Under the pieces are notes generated by a model. The model did no database searches. It saw only the letters and a list, made by a program, of their open reading frames with translations, and was not told the DNA's origin. A stretch of 64,000 nucleotides of DNA from the NCBI GenBank assembly GCA_951406725.2, contig OX597818.1:68882001-68946000 (forward strand), written 5' to 3'. Both the position numbers and the translations under genes were made by a program. Below are positions 24,735 to 38,050 of the stretch, one piece after another. Source of the DNA: Octopus vulgaris (taxonomy: Eukaryota). Position 1 is the first letter of the stretch. Each line of letters opens with the position of its first letter.

Positions 24735-24962
24735 TTGTTGCCAGTGCCACCTGACTGGCTCCCATGCTGGTGATGCATAAAAAGCACCCTCTACACTCTT
24801 GGAGTGGTTGGCATTAGGAAGGGCATCCAGCTGTAGTAGCATTGCCAGATCAGATTGGAGCCTGGTGCAGCCACCTGGCTTGCCAGTCCTCAGTCAAATC
24901 AACCAACCCATGCCAGCAGGGAAAGCGGACGTTAAATGATGATCATAATGATGAGGATGATG
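24735..24962 (+). mobile_element. Family B 3' fragment
   Basis: gttggcattaggaagggcatccagctgtag...cccatgccagc...ggacgttaaatgatgat. Confidence 0.8.
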
Positions 24963-25053
24963 ATTGTGGTTATTATTAAACCTGCATTAGCTTTGATATT
25001 AAGACTGAAAAAAATCGACCTTGTTTTTTAAAAATACTTTTTGGATCACTTAA

Positions 25054-25274
25054 CCTTTTAGCATTTAGACCAACCGTATCTGGTTGAAAACATTTGACCC
25101 GGTTTACGTTCAAAGCGGCCAGATCAGGTCTCTCACACCTACCCCACATTAACATTCTAAAAATAAACAACTGCATCTCTGAAACCTCAAAGACATAAAA
25201 TAATGCATTATTCATACAAAACGATGTGAATAAACAAGCAAACCATTTAACAGAGTAATCTGAGCTCTGAAGGG
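25054..25274. mobile_element. piggyBac-type MITE
   Basis: TTAA-CCTTTTAGCATTTAGA ... TCTGAGCTCTGAAGGG-TTAA. Confidence 0.7.
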
Positions 25275-25354
25275 TTAAGCAAACTTCATTCCTGCTCCGG
25301 TGTCCGCAGTTGGGCATTTTGCAGCTCCCCCCCCTCCACCTCCTCCCACAAAGT

Positions 25355-25652
25355 ACCATCCGAATAGTGGCCGATGCCGGTGCCGCCTCGACTGGCTTCC
25401 TTGCCGGTGGCACGTAAAATGCACCAATCCGACCGTGGCCTTGCCAGCCTCACCTGGCACCTGTGCAGGTGGCACGTAAAAAGCACCCACTACACTCATG
25501 GAGTGGTCGGCATTAGGAAGGGCATCCAGCTGTAGAAATACTGCCAGATCAGACTGGAGTCTGGTGCAATCTCCTGGCTTCCCAGGCCCCGGTCGAACCG
25601 TCCAACCCATGCTAGCATGGAGAACGGATGTTAAACGATGATGATGATGATG
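25355..25652 (+). mobile_element. Family B 3' fragment, two hairpin repeats
   Basis: tgccggtggcacgtaaaa...ggcattaggaagggcatccagctgtag...(GAT)n. Confidence 0.82.
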
Positions 25653-26769
25653 ATTATTTACATTTTGGTGAAACTGAGTAATTCTTTTCAGAACATGTGC
25701 ACTTTGCGTAAAGGAACCCCAGTGAAACATTCCCTTCTGACATTAATATTTCAAAAGAATTCTGCAATGTCTTGGAACTGGAACGCTACTGGAAATTCGT
25801 TACATACAGAAAGTCATCAATTATGGATTTTCTTGTTTGTTTTTGTCTGTTTTTTGTTTGCTTTATATTTTCCTAACATTGTCAGACAAGGGAAGATTCC
25901 ACACTCTTTGTCAAATGGATTTCTTTAGATTCTGTCTCTGTGTGTGGGTGGGTGTATGTGGGCGGTATGTGCATATGTGTGTTTGTGTTCGTGTGTGTGT
26001 GTTTTTGTGTCGTGTGTGTGTGTGTGTTTTGTGTTCATGTATGTGTTTTGTGTGTATGTGTTTTGTATTCGTGTATGTGTGGGTGTGTGGGTGTGTGTGT
26101 GTTTGAAATTATACATGAAAGATACAGTGTTTTATCAAATTCGTGGTGCTGACAGTGTTTGCAGAACGCATTGTTCTAGGTAGAGCGTATATTAAATATA
26201 TTTCCATTTAGGTACTTGGAGAGAGGGGGGAGAGGGGGAGAGGCAGAGAGAGACAGTCAGAGATAGAGAGAGAGAGATAGATGTATATTTTCTCCCCTCT
26301 CTCTCTCTCTCTTTTCTTCTTTCAAAGTCTCACCATATTCTGGCTCAATAAACAAAAAAGTGATAATTTCTCCTTCCTGTATATCGAAGACCTAAATATA
26401 ATGAGGCAGATCTCAAGAAAGCAGCCAATTAAATAGAATGCTGGAAGGAATAAATTGGCATACACCGCCATTACTCACCAAACCTAAAGACATTTTCTTC
26501 ACCTCTGCTGCAGCGCCACATTGCTGATTAAGCAAAAGGCTAATTTGAGAAGAGACACAGGTGAGAGTTGGTTCAAACAAATCCCAGTAGGTTACTGGTA
26601 CATATTTTACCAAGTCTGTTAAAGTCTGAGTTGAGTGCATAAGAATAAAATCTAAATGCAGTAAAATATTGGCTTTTACTGAAATTCTACCAAAATGAGC
26701 CAGTAAAGAAGCCTCCAGAGGAGATCCTTTTATCTGCTAGAAACAACAGCCACATTAATGTTTCTTTAA

Positions 26770-26988
26770 CCCTTTTGTTACCATATTTCTGTTGAGATGC
26801 TTTGCGTTTCTTTCAATTACTTTAAATATAACAAAGAATTTAGTAAAATAACTTGGTTATCATTCAGCTAGCGTTAGGAACATAAATTGTGGCTAAGGTT
26901 TCATGGAAGATTTTAATTCAAAACTTATGAAAACAAGACATTTATACTCAGAGTCAGAGCCGGTTTCAGCTGGTTGGTAATGAAAGGG
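26770..26988. mobile_element. piggyBac-type MITE (second family)
   Basis: TTAA-CCCTTTTGTTACCA ... TGGTAATGAAAGGG-TTAA. Confidence 0.8.
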
Positions 26989-27104
26989 TTAAATCACAGT
27001 CTATCTCTTAAAAAGAAAAGATATTGAATAAGACAACCTTTGGTAAACACAGCTATAGATAGAAGGCCAAGTATTATAAGATTTCTTTAATTACTGGAAG
27101 AATC

Positions 27105-27300
27105 ATTGGCATTTGGGAGGAAACATGCTTTGCAGCATTTCGCCTAACTTTGGATTTTGTATTCAAATTCCACTGAGATCTACTTTACCTTTCATCCTTT
27201 TGGGATCAATAAAATAAGTACCAGTTGCACACTGGGGTTGATATAATCATCTTACCCACTTCTTTGAAATTGCTCACCCTATGCTAGAATTTGAAACCAT
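27105..27300 (+). mobile_element. Family C SINE (degenerate)
   Basis: ttcaaattccactgag...cctttcatccttttgggatcaataaaataagtaccagttgcacactgggg. Confidence 0.75.
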
Positions 27301-28202
27301 TTTAAGCTCTATTTATATTCATGTTTGGCCCAGGGCAATCAACAGCAAATCTGTGAAAAGACAAACCAGAAAGAGCAAAAACAAAAATACAAAATTATAT
27401 TTTATTAGTTTTATTTATCATTTTAATGTTTTGCAGGAAGAGAATTTGTTGTTCTTTTGTTCATTATTTCATTGTATTTTTCCCATTCGATTGCTTTTCT
27501 TTTTGTTACTCCTCACATCACTTCTCCCTTCCAATCCGCACTTTGCAATACTCATGCATTATTAGTATGGCCACAGCCTCAAGGCGGAAACATATAAAAG
27601 GATAAAAGTATAGCTGTATTGTTACATTTTGTAGGAGTGAAATGTGGGGGAAAATTCCTTTTCTTTTCTTTTTATTCCAAATTAATCTGTCTATTGGGAA
27701 ATAAAGACTAATAACTACAAACAATAAATAAACAAAATGTTCTTTGTGTGTATTTGATAATACTCCTAAATCTCCAAACAGACATTTGTTTCAGCATAAC
27801 TTGCCTCTTCAGTGCATTCAATTTCTAAAGGAAAATTACATTATATTTATGCAGTTGTAGGAAATAAGGAGTTTATTTAATAAAATAAAATTACATTTAA
27901 AAACACAGCATTTGAAAGTGGAAGATATTTATTTCTTAGCAGAAGACAGGGCTCAGTTTATTGAGAATTTGAATTTTTCCAGGTTCAAAAACTATGTATT
28001 TCTGTAAAAAGACGCATGACTCCATCTGCAGTTTCTACCCACTGTCTGAAATAAGTATATGATGGTGACATTGTCTCCTGTAAATGAAGACTTATTATGA
28101 TGGCTATTAAGATGCCTTTCTTCTTAAATATCCATATCATGTTTGTTATCTTTGTGTAAGGGAGAAGAATGAGTAAAAATGTTCCTTTTTCTTTACTATT
28201 TT

Positions 28203-28573
28203 GCTCCTTTACATGTTTCAGTCATTTGACTGTGGCCATGCTGGAGCACTGCCTTTCATCGAGCAAATCAAACCCAGGAGTTATTCTTTGTAAGCCTAGT
28301 ACTTATTCTATCAGTCACTTTTGCCAAACTGCTAAGTTACAGGGATGTAAACACACAACCATTGGTTGTTAAGCGATGGTGGGGGGACAAACGCAGACAT
28401 ACATATATATATATATGACAGGTTTCTTTCAGTTTCCATCTACCACATCCACTCACAAGGCTTTGGTCGAGCTGAGGCTATAGTAAAAGACACTTGCCCA
28501 AGGTGCCACGCAGTGGGAATGAACCCGGAACCATGTAGTTCATAAGCAAGCTACTTACCGCACAGCCACTCCT
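28203..28573 (-). mobile_element. Full-length family A SINE
   Basis: Reverse complement of the whole family A pattern, ending cttaccgcacagccactcct. Confidence 0.88.
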
Positions 28574-29204
28574 TTTGTTCTAAAGTATTTTTTAAAGAAA
28601 TAAAAACTGGTAGATACAAACAGATAAACAATAATTCTTGGCTGTATTTAATAATGTCATTAAATATGCAAATGAGTATTCTTTTCAGAATGTATTCCTC
28701 TTCAGCAAAAACCTTATATTGGAGTTCCATTTATTACTTTGGTTAGCTTCAAATAAAAATTCTTATAATAACATTAGAGGAATGACCGAACTGCTTGAGC
28801 ATCTACCAAAATGCTTAGAGACATTTTTTCATTACACTTCACTTTCTGAGTTCAAATCTTGAAGAGGTTGATGCTGCCTTTCCATCTCCTGGGATAGTTA
28901 CAATAAAGTACAAGTCAAGAACTCACACCCAAACCAGTTCTGCAGAATCAGAGTCACAACAGGAGCGCATGTTTTGGGAGTTTGATTGGCAGAGGTGATC
29001 AGGTTGCACATGCCAGCCCTTTTGAAAACACCACCCCATCATCTAACCTCCCCTTTTCCCAGGGGTTAGGAACCCTTCCAGCAAGGAAAATAAAATGCCC
29101 AAAAGGGCTCTGAATCCTCTGTGTCAGAAGCGGTTATGTTCAGATCACAACTAAGTCTTAAGTATATTCACTCTGATAGATCACTAGCCACTACGCATTC
29201 TATA

Positions 29205-29360
29205 TTTTCTCTCCTTGTTTCTTTCTTTGTTCCATTCTGGGGAAGAGTGTAGGCTCGAAATGTTAAAGACTTTTTCACTTCCCGAGTGCTTTACTAATAC
29301 ATCTATTTGTTGACTACACCACATGTCTTCGTTTTTTGTTTCTTTGTGAATTCTCCCTAT
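29205..29360 (+). mobile_element. Family F short repeat (putative Penelope-like terminus) with a decayed hammerhead-like motif
   Basis: Sister of 61365-61525; CATT CTGGGGA A GAGT GTAG GCTC GAAA TGT T AAAG at 29233-29268; followed by (TA)n. Confidence 0.6.
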
Positions 29361-29886
29361 ATATATATATACACATTTAGGCACTACCAGCTTCCTGTCC
29401 AGCCTCACGGTCAAAGAAATTCCCCTTTACTTAAAGCAACTGCAGTTGTTGGATAACAGATATCCTACTCTGAAAAGACCATGTGACCCACCTTGACCAA
29501 TAGCAACCTATTTTCTGGACTCTTTGTATTTCTCCATTCTGTGATCTAAGCTCAAATGAAATAAGCTTGTTGTATTAGAGGCCTGTGAAACTTTAAGTCA
29601 CGTAGAACCAAATCAAATTGGTTTAAGTAATGTGTGTGTGTCTGTGTGGGCAGATAGTTAGATATATAAACACACACACACCCAAACATATATTTTTTCA
29701 TTTTTTTGCTAAAGGCAGGGAACAGTTTATACAAAATTAAGTTATTGGATTAGATTCCCTGTAGCAGAAATTTTTCTTCTTGCATTTATTTGATGCGCAT
29801 GTGTGTGTGTGTGTGTAGGGGTCCATTTCATGTAAATTGTTTTCTATGTATATACAACAATCTTGTAGCCAATAAAGAAAAAAACA

Positions 29887-29934
<48 letters not shown>

Positions 29935-30397
29935 GATATTATTATCATTATTGTTATTATTATTATTAATATTATTATTATTATTATTATAAATATTAAT
30001 TGTATTAAAGCATTTCCTTTCTCTTTTCTTTCGCTTGTCAATAGCAAGGATGGGGTGTTAAATGGTTGGAGAAAAAGTCTGTTGTATTTATTCTTAAACT
30101 GCCTCAAAGTATCTTTACAATATCAGCTGATATCATAAGTCATGTTGTAGGTTATTATCAAGTTGGCGGATTTAATTGATTTGGTAAACAAGAGTAGAAA
30201 GTTAATGTTGACCATTCGATCGAGTCTAGAAACACCAATATACAAGACTTATGAAGTACAGAGTACAGGTGCCCCCCACACCATTCCAGCGAGATTACTT
30301 GATAGTATTTTATACATACATAATTTGTATGTGTTTTCAAATAAATATAAGAAGTGTGTATATAAGTGTGCGTGTACACATACAGACATACACACAT

Positions 30398-30435
<38 letters not shown>

Positions 30436-30561
30436 ATACAAACACATGTATACATTCATGTATATATATACATAAATACATACATAAAGCAAAGTAGCTA
30501 GTTGTTGTGGTGGTAAACATTACTTCACACATACATACATTATATATATATATACATATAT

Positions 30562-30656
<95 letters not shown>

Positions 30657-31509
30657 AACACACACTGACACATATATGTATATACAAGCATACATATATA
30701 TATATATATATTTATAGTGTGAATTTACAAACATACGTACGTAAATATAATATATGAAATCAAAAAAGCTTAAATACATAAGAAATATTCTAATATAAGA
30801 CTAATTCTATAGACAAATATTTTAAGATACTTTGAGACAATTTAGAAATATATAACAAAAGATGGCACCATCAAGAGAGAGTAAAAAAGAAAAGAAAAAG
30901 ATACTAATAAATAACAACAACAATAATAATAATAATGATAGTAGCAAATATTTCAAATGGTTACAAATATGTTTGTAATATACATTTACAACAAACTGGA
31001 TAGTGTTGAGTGAATGCGATACAGTATGAAAAAATTATATTCAAAATATTTAATAAAAAGTTTAAATATCAATGTGTTTGTCACCAAGTTTACTTCCCAG
31101 TCATGTGGCTTCAAGTTCAGTTCCACACCAAAGCAACTTTTTCAAGTGTCTTTCACTATATCTACAGGGTGGTAAAAGTGGATTTTATACATGGAAACAG
31201 ATTGAAGCCTGTTGTATATATAATTATACTTACGCTTGTGTGTCAGTGTGTCTTCTTGTCTTGACCATCTACGTGTATGTATATATGTATGTATGTATGA
31301 TTATATGTATATATATATATATATATATATCAGAATTAGATAAAAAAACAAAGCCTGTGAAGATTTTAAAAACTGCAGAATAAATGATAACCTGATGGGA
31401 CAATGTCCAATGAAAATGGTTGGTAGGGCATCGTTTCGTATTGAAACTGCTCCAGGCTTTGGAATGTCATCCTTGCTATCTGTGGCCAATCATTATCATG
31501 ATTGAAGAA

Positions 31510-32060
31510 TACGTTCCGTCTCCAAACTAAAGGTGGTCATTTTACTTCTAGCACTGACTTAAGCCCCTCAAACTGCTTGCAGCAGATCTCCTAGGTTACT
31601 GTTTGGTTTGGGTTCCCAAGTTCAAAGTGGACTAAACCTTCCATATCCCACCAAGCAGATAGCAATAACATATGTGGGTGAAGACCTTCTTTAGCCTGGG
31701 CTGCTGGAGTTTCTCCTTTCCCTCCCCACTGTCTTTGGAGCTTGACATTTTCATAGAGAACCCATTTCTCATCACCAGTCACTGTTCGGTCCAAAAACGG
31801 TTCATTCATGAGACGTGACGGCAAAGAAAGGCACACATTCCCTCTCTGCACGTGATCAGACTCAGAAAGGAACCCATTGACCCAATTTGCTGACTTTTCC
31901 GATGAATGATTGAATGACCAAATCCAAGCTTTTCTCCTAGTTCCTCAACAGTTACGATGGGATTTTGTTCCACCAGGGCTTGCAGGATGTCTTCATCGAG
32001 CCCTACAGATCTTCCAGGATGAGGTTCATCTTCTAGGCTGTAGTTTCTGGCTCAGAATGT
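31510..32060 (-). mobile_element. Mariner transposase relic
   Basis: EPFLDRTVTGDEKWVLYEN...KEGLHPHMLLLSAWWDMEGLVHFEL; the upstream part matches 57870-58050. Confidence 0.9.
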
Positions 32061-32139
32061 CTGGAACCACCAACGACATATATGAAGTTCTTGAGAAGAC
32101 CTGTCCACTTCAGCGAAACTGAGTTCTGGAAGCACTGTG

Positions 32140-33240
32140 TAGAAACCTTCTCCCACCCTCTACCACAACAAACCAGACTATGTCCCTACGTCCCTTCTCT
32201 TCCTCACATTCCCGCTTCATGAACTATGCTTACCTCCCATTCTCCAATCTTCTCCCCTTAGCCTGGTTCCACTCTATCGTTGCTCTCTGCTTGCCCTCAC
32301 CTGTGTGTCTCACTCCATTATTGCCATCTGCTAAACCCCGACCTTGGTCTACCACCCACACATAACACGAAAACTTTTGCCTCACCCTAACCCAAACAAA
32401 CCAATTTATATCTTTTCTATTTCTTGCATTTCCTCCTTCATTCACTATGCCTATCTCTCACTCCTTGACCAGCTCACACTCCCCAATCCTGTCCTCACAC
32501 TCCTGTTCCTTTGTACCATTGCTACCCAGTAACCCCCTCCAACACTATGCATACCCAGGTCTTTCACCACTTACTTGCACTCTTTAATTGCACTCTCTTC
32601 GCAACATCCTGTCACTTATATTATAGCATTTGAACCTCAAGGTTATGCCCCGGCACTTGCCACTATCTATTTCTCTCTCTCTCTTCCTTTACTCAACCAT
32701 CACATTTATACACTGATCCCTATCCCTTGTGAGCATGCCCGGCATTTTGCCACCACCTCCATCCTGCAGTCTCCCACTCTCTCTCTCTCTGTGTCTTTCT
32801 CCTGCACTTCCCTCAGGTTGGGCAGCCATGTATTTTCTTTATGGTAGCACACCTGTTTCTGTCTTTATTCCTGATCTTTCTCTCTCCGGCCAGGTAACCT
32901 TGTACTTCTTCTTCGGCAACACACCAGTATCTGTTTCCCTATAACCTTTTCCTCATCACCTCCTCCAATGCCTCCTCCCCTCTTAAAAGTTTTTGTCTTG
33001 CAAGTACTTGGTGACCCTGTCAATGCAGGTGCCACTTAAAAGCATCCAGTCCACACTGTAAAGTGGCTGGTGTACTGAAGGGCATCCAGCTGTAAAAATC
33101 CTGCCAAAACAATCACAGAAGTCTGGTGCAGGCTTTGGCCTGGTCAGCTCTTGTCAAACTGTCCCACCCATGCAAGCATAAAACACATACATTAATGATG
33201 ATGATGATGGTGATGTTGATGATGATGATGATGATGATGA
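32140..33240 (+). mobile_element. Long pyrimidine-rich LINE-like 3' region ending in a family B-type terminus
   Basis: Ends gaagggcatccagctgtaaaa...cccatgcaagcat...(GAT)n; the 5' boundary is uncertain. Confidence 0.55.
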
Positions 33241-33464
33241 AGGAAAACAGAAAACGGAGAATATTGATAAAATCTAGTTTATTTTTGTCATTACCTATCA
33301 ACATTTATGAGCATTAACACGAATGCTCGGGATAAGATATAGCTAATACAACCGTGGATTCATTGGATACAAGTTATCACTTAGACAGTTGTTATAACCT
33401 CTAACATAATTCACCAATACATACATACATTCATATATATATATATATATATGCATGTATATGC

Positions 33465-33502
<38 letters not shown>

Positions 33503-33505
<3 letters not shown>

Positions 33506-33652
33506 TGTCTATATGCCAACAGAATGTGGCTGTCCTATAAATGATGACGTTACTGTAGTTTTAGCCCCAGGCAAACATGTTTTCCTGGGGCTATAACAAC
33601 AGTAATATCATCCTTTAAAGGACTGCCACATTCTGTTGGCATATAAACATTA
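33503..33652. repeat. ~70 bp-arm palindrome next to (TA)n
   Basis: taatgtctatatgccaacagaatgtggc...tagccccagg / cctggggcta...gccacattctgttggcatataaacatta. Confidence 0.9.
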
Positions 33653-33799
33653 CTATTTGGTACTGTTACAGCATATGTCTCTCGCTCAGAGATTTAACAT
33701 AAATTGTTTGTCTCTCTCTCTCACTCTCTCTCTCACTCTCTTTCTCTCTCTCTCCCTCTCCCTCTCTCTCTCTTTCTCTCTCTATATATATATACAATT

Positions 33800-34012
33800 G
33801 CAGCATGGAAGGTGTTTATAAGCCATTTAAGAAACACACAAAAGCCGTTCGATTCACTTCAACATTTAAGTTTAATTTGTCAAAATATTTTCGTCGCTTT
33901 AAGACCGCAACATGATGAAGGCTGTAGAGTACATCAGCTGAAACATTGTGTTAACAACAAACAAGATGAGGACAAATATCTGTCAAATGTAAATAATGTA
34001 AATAATGTACAT
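33800..34012. mobile_element. Junction of two hammerhead-bearing repeat fragments (families I and J)
   Basis: Minus 33879-33911: GTTGC GGTCTTAAA GCGAC GAAA ATAT T T TGAC. Plus 33912-33952: ATGATGA A GGCTG..CAGCT GAAA CAT T GTGTT, followed by the tail also seen at 47660-47715. Confidence 0.6.
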
Positions 34013-34839
34013 TAGATCAGTTGTACCCTGCAGACTTTGTTGTCAGCCTCCTCTTCTCTGTTGTTTTCTAATTCCTCCTGTTTCCTTCAAACAACCTTTA
34101 TATTCTGTTTCCTTTTCTTCCATACACCTTAGATCTCTTTCATCCTTCTATTTCTTGACCCACGCTGCCTTCTGACATCACCTTATCCTCTTTGTCAGGT
34201 TCCTTTCCAATTTACACACCTGTTCCACTGTCACATAAAACGTGCCTGTGCTGGTGCCACATAAAGAGCACCCAGTGCACTTCAGCTATAGAAATCTGGT
34301 CGGAACATATGGCTGGAGCCTGGAACCGCTCCCTTGCGTCCCAGCTCCTGTCAAACCATTGAATCGATGCTAGCATGGGAAATGGACATTAAATGATTCT
34401 GATGAGCAGGAGCAGCATTCTTTTCTCAGAATAATCAGTATCCTATCACTTATTCCCCAATCTTATGCAAAATGTTATCCCTTATCCATATGATGCAGGC
34501 CTCTGTCTTTCAAACCCCTGTTACTCATGCCCCTCATTCAGTGAACAGTGAGACAAGGCCATGGCATCTTTATAGTCATATCTAGATCATGGCTCCTCTT
34601 CTAAGGCAAAGCAAAGGTTTGTGCGTATTGTTGTCTTTTTAAAGACATGGCACAGCCATAGAAGAAATGGTGCAATGACAAACAAGCTTCCAGTAAACCT
34701 TGTAAAGTGGTTGGTATTGCTATGAAGGGAACCTTGTCACTGGAAGGACACAGGTGAGATGAGGGCCTCTAACCTATTGAAATGAAATATGAACAGACCC
34801 CAATTATAGGGAGCCACTCAACTCATGCTGACATGGAAA

Positions 34840-34890
34840 GTGGGTGTAGAATAATGAAGATGAGCATGGTTATGATGCTAATGATGATGC

Positions 34891-34951
<61 letters not shown>

Positions 34952-35054
34952 GTTGGTGACAACAACGACAACACCAACAATAATGACGACGACGACGACA
35001 ACAAGGATGATGATGATGATGATGAGGACAACGATGGTCGTGGTGCTGACGATG

Positions 35055-35085
<31 letters not shown>

Positions 35086-35120
35086 CATGATGATGACAAC
35101 GATGGTGGTGGGGATGAGGG

Positions 35121-35168
<48 letters not shown>

Positions 35169-35212
35169 CGATGGTGGTGGTGATGGTGGTGGTGGTGATG
35201 AGGGTGATGATG

Positions 35213-35244
<32 letters not shown>

Positions 35245-35412
35245 GATGACGATGATGACGATGATGATGATGATGATGATGGTGATGATGACGATGATAA
35301 TAATGATGATAATGGTGATGATGATGATGATGATGGTGATGAGGAGGACAACGATGGTGGTGGGGATGAGGGTGATGATGATGATGATGACGACGACGAC
35401 GACGATGATGAA

Positions 35413-35453
<41 letters not shown>

Positions 35454-35610
35454 CAACGATGGTGGTGGTGGTGGTGATGAGGTTGATGATAATGATGATG
35501 AAGATGATGATGATGACGACAACGATGGTGGTGGTGATGAGGTTGATGATGATGATGACAACGATGCTGGTGGTGGTGATGAGGGTGATGATCACGATTA
35601 TGATGATTTA
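34840..35610 (+). repeat. ~770 bp complex (GAT)n/(GGT)n/(GAC)n array with higher-order units
   Basis: Recurrent gacaacgatggtggtg(g)..gatgagg(g/t)tgatg cassette between GAT runs. Confidence 0.92.
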
Positions 35611-36109
35611 GAATTTTAGTCATCTAAAAAAAAAGGTATTTCCTATTATTTCCTTCTCTTCATATTTTCATTCATGTTTCCTTCTTACCATTCAATATTC
35701 CATGAAGCAGCATCTGAGAGAGGTTTTGATGTTATTTTGCTATTTGTTTGTTTTGTTTTGTTTATTTTGTTTTAAGTTGTTTTTGTATTTTCGTGATTCC
35801 TATTCAGGATGTTTCTTTTTATTTTTATTGTTTGAATTTTTGCTATTTCTTTTTAAAATTCTTCCTTATGTTGTCTCTCTTCTGAGACTTTCTTCCTTTA
35901 TTATTTTGTGACTTTGAGAAACTATCTTGTTTCATATATTTCTGACTCCATTGTGACACAAAATAACTATTAATTAGATCAGTCTTATTTTCTTTTCCCA
36001 ATATTATCCATCTACATTGTTGTTCATTCATTTCTGGGTGTAGAGTTCAGTTGCAAAATAATAATAATAATAATAATAATAATTATTATTATTATTATTA
36101 TTATTATTT

Positions 36110-37135
36110 ACTTTTAATCTGCACGCTTGTTACAATCACTTGCTGAGACACACCCAATGTCCTAAGGTAAGTGAAGGAAAAGATATGTTACTGTATGACT
36201 GAAAGCTTAGGAAGGGAAGTGGCAGGGATAGTAGCGAAATATGTTCATGTAATACAACACAGACATTTAAATGGATAGGGTTTTCCTAAGGATGTAGGCA
36301 GTACTTGTCAGTAAAGTCTTTTGGATTTCTCTGAGACATGGTTCTCCTGGGATCTTATCTAGATGTTTCTATGTTTCTATCATCCCTTTTTTATTCATAC
36401 CTAGGGCACCTACAATAACAGGAACAGTTCTCATTTTAAGATGTTACATCTTTTGTATTTCAATTTCCTGGTCCTTATATTTACTTAATTTGTCAAATTC
36501 CTTTACAGATATATTTTTATCAGTGGGGAAACTTACATCTATTAGTCTCCAAGTATTTTCTTCTCTGTCTTTAATAATTATGTCTGGTCAATTAGCCTTG
36601 ATCATTCTGTTGGTGTTGACTGGAAAATCTCAGAGAATTGTGACATTTTAAAAATACAGTACAGCTCAGGATGATGTTCATACCAGTAAGCAGGAGGGGT
36701 GATTTTGTAGCATTTACATATTTTTCAATGTAAATATTGTCCTACCTCATCATGGTGATTTTTGTATTCGTCTGATGTCAGCATCTCAAGATCTGATTAT
36801 CTATTGTTTAGCCAAATGTGTCACAGAATCTACATTTAGGGTCAGAACCATTTTGAAGAATATCAGCATGGTATTTTTAGGTTAGCAAGCTTTGGTCCTG
36901 TGCCACCAATATGAAACCTTCAGTCCGGAACCTCAGCATTTCGACTTTGAAGTATATTCTGTCCATGCACAGACTTCTGGCTCCACGGCTCCCCAATTTG
37001 TTTCTGCCCATTCTTCTTTGTCATCTGCTTGACCCACTTTGCTTGTTTTGTGGCAGTGGTTTCTGGTCCTTCATCTAATTCACGGTTAATGCCAACTTCC
37101 CTTGCAAATTTTCAAGTTTCCTTCACAATAAATTA
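36110..37135 (-). mobile_element. Degenerate R4/Dong-like retrotransposon 3' fragment
   Basis: Minus strand QDQSLLT*KYHADILQNGSDPKCRFCD...WYEHHPE...VIVGALG; the 3' UTR abuts (TAA)n. Confidence 0.85.
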
Positions 37136-37144
37136 TGATTTTAT

Positions 37145-37198
37145 CACCACTACCGCCGCCGCCGCCACCACCACCACCACCACCATTACCACCACCAT

Positions 37199-37242
<44 letters not shown>

Positions 37243-37395
37243 TTACCACTGCCACCACCACCACCACCACTACTACTACTACTGCTGCTTCTGCTGCTGC
37301 TGCTACTATCACTACTACAACTACTACTATTATTAATGTTGTTATTGTTGTTATTATTACTATTGTTATTATCATTATCATTATTATTATTAATG
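37145..37395 (+). repeat. Compound ACC/ACT/GCT/ATT trinucleotide array
   Basis: Direct reading. Confidence 0.95.
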
Positions 37396-37869
37396 ATCTG
37401 TGGTCAGAGAGCATCAAAATAGATCTGCAAGACCTACTGACAGCCAAAACATAGAACCATACTTGAACTGTGGCCAGTAGAAGGTGTTGAGAGAAAGGGT
37501 GGCAGATTAATGATGCAGAGTCGAAAAACCTTGGTGCTACATTGGCTTGGTGTAGAGCCTCTCTTAGAACTGAATGCCTGCAAGAAATGAAATGGACAAT
37601 AACAACAAAAGGAGCAACAAACCCCTGTTTCGAGAGAACCTTCAGCATAAATTCTGTGGCAGCAACTGAAATACCTTTATGCCTAGTCTGAGATACAGGT
37701 GAACCTTATTTCCAAACAGCGACAATCTGTTGAAGGATGCCAACGATGTGCAATAGGAAGAAATGATAATTACAGATGAACATTTCCATAAGTCGATCAT
37801 CATCATCATCATCATCATCATCACCATCATCATCATCAAAACCACCACCATCACCACCACCACCAACAC

Positions 37870-38050
37870 CATCATCGTATTCATTCAACGTGTGTTTTCC
37901 ATGCTGGCATGGGTTGAACAGTTTGATAGGAGCTGGCAAGCTATACAGCTGCACCAGTTTTAAAATGGTTTCTACAGCTGGATGTCCTTTCCAATGCCAA
38001 CCACTTTAAAGAGTGAACTGGTGTCTTTCACTTATGTCCAGCACCAGTGA
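37870..38050 (-). mobile_element. Family B 3' fragment
   Basis: ttttccatgctggcatgggttg...tctacagctggatgtcctttccaatgccaaccac. Confidence 0.75.

Noticed and set aside
34782-35623. Long poly-His/Met/Ile/Ser ORFs, and similar CV/HT/IY/N/L-rich ORFs throughout the window
   Set aside because: These are translations of microsatellites with no coding signal.
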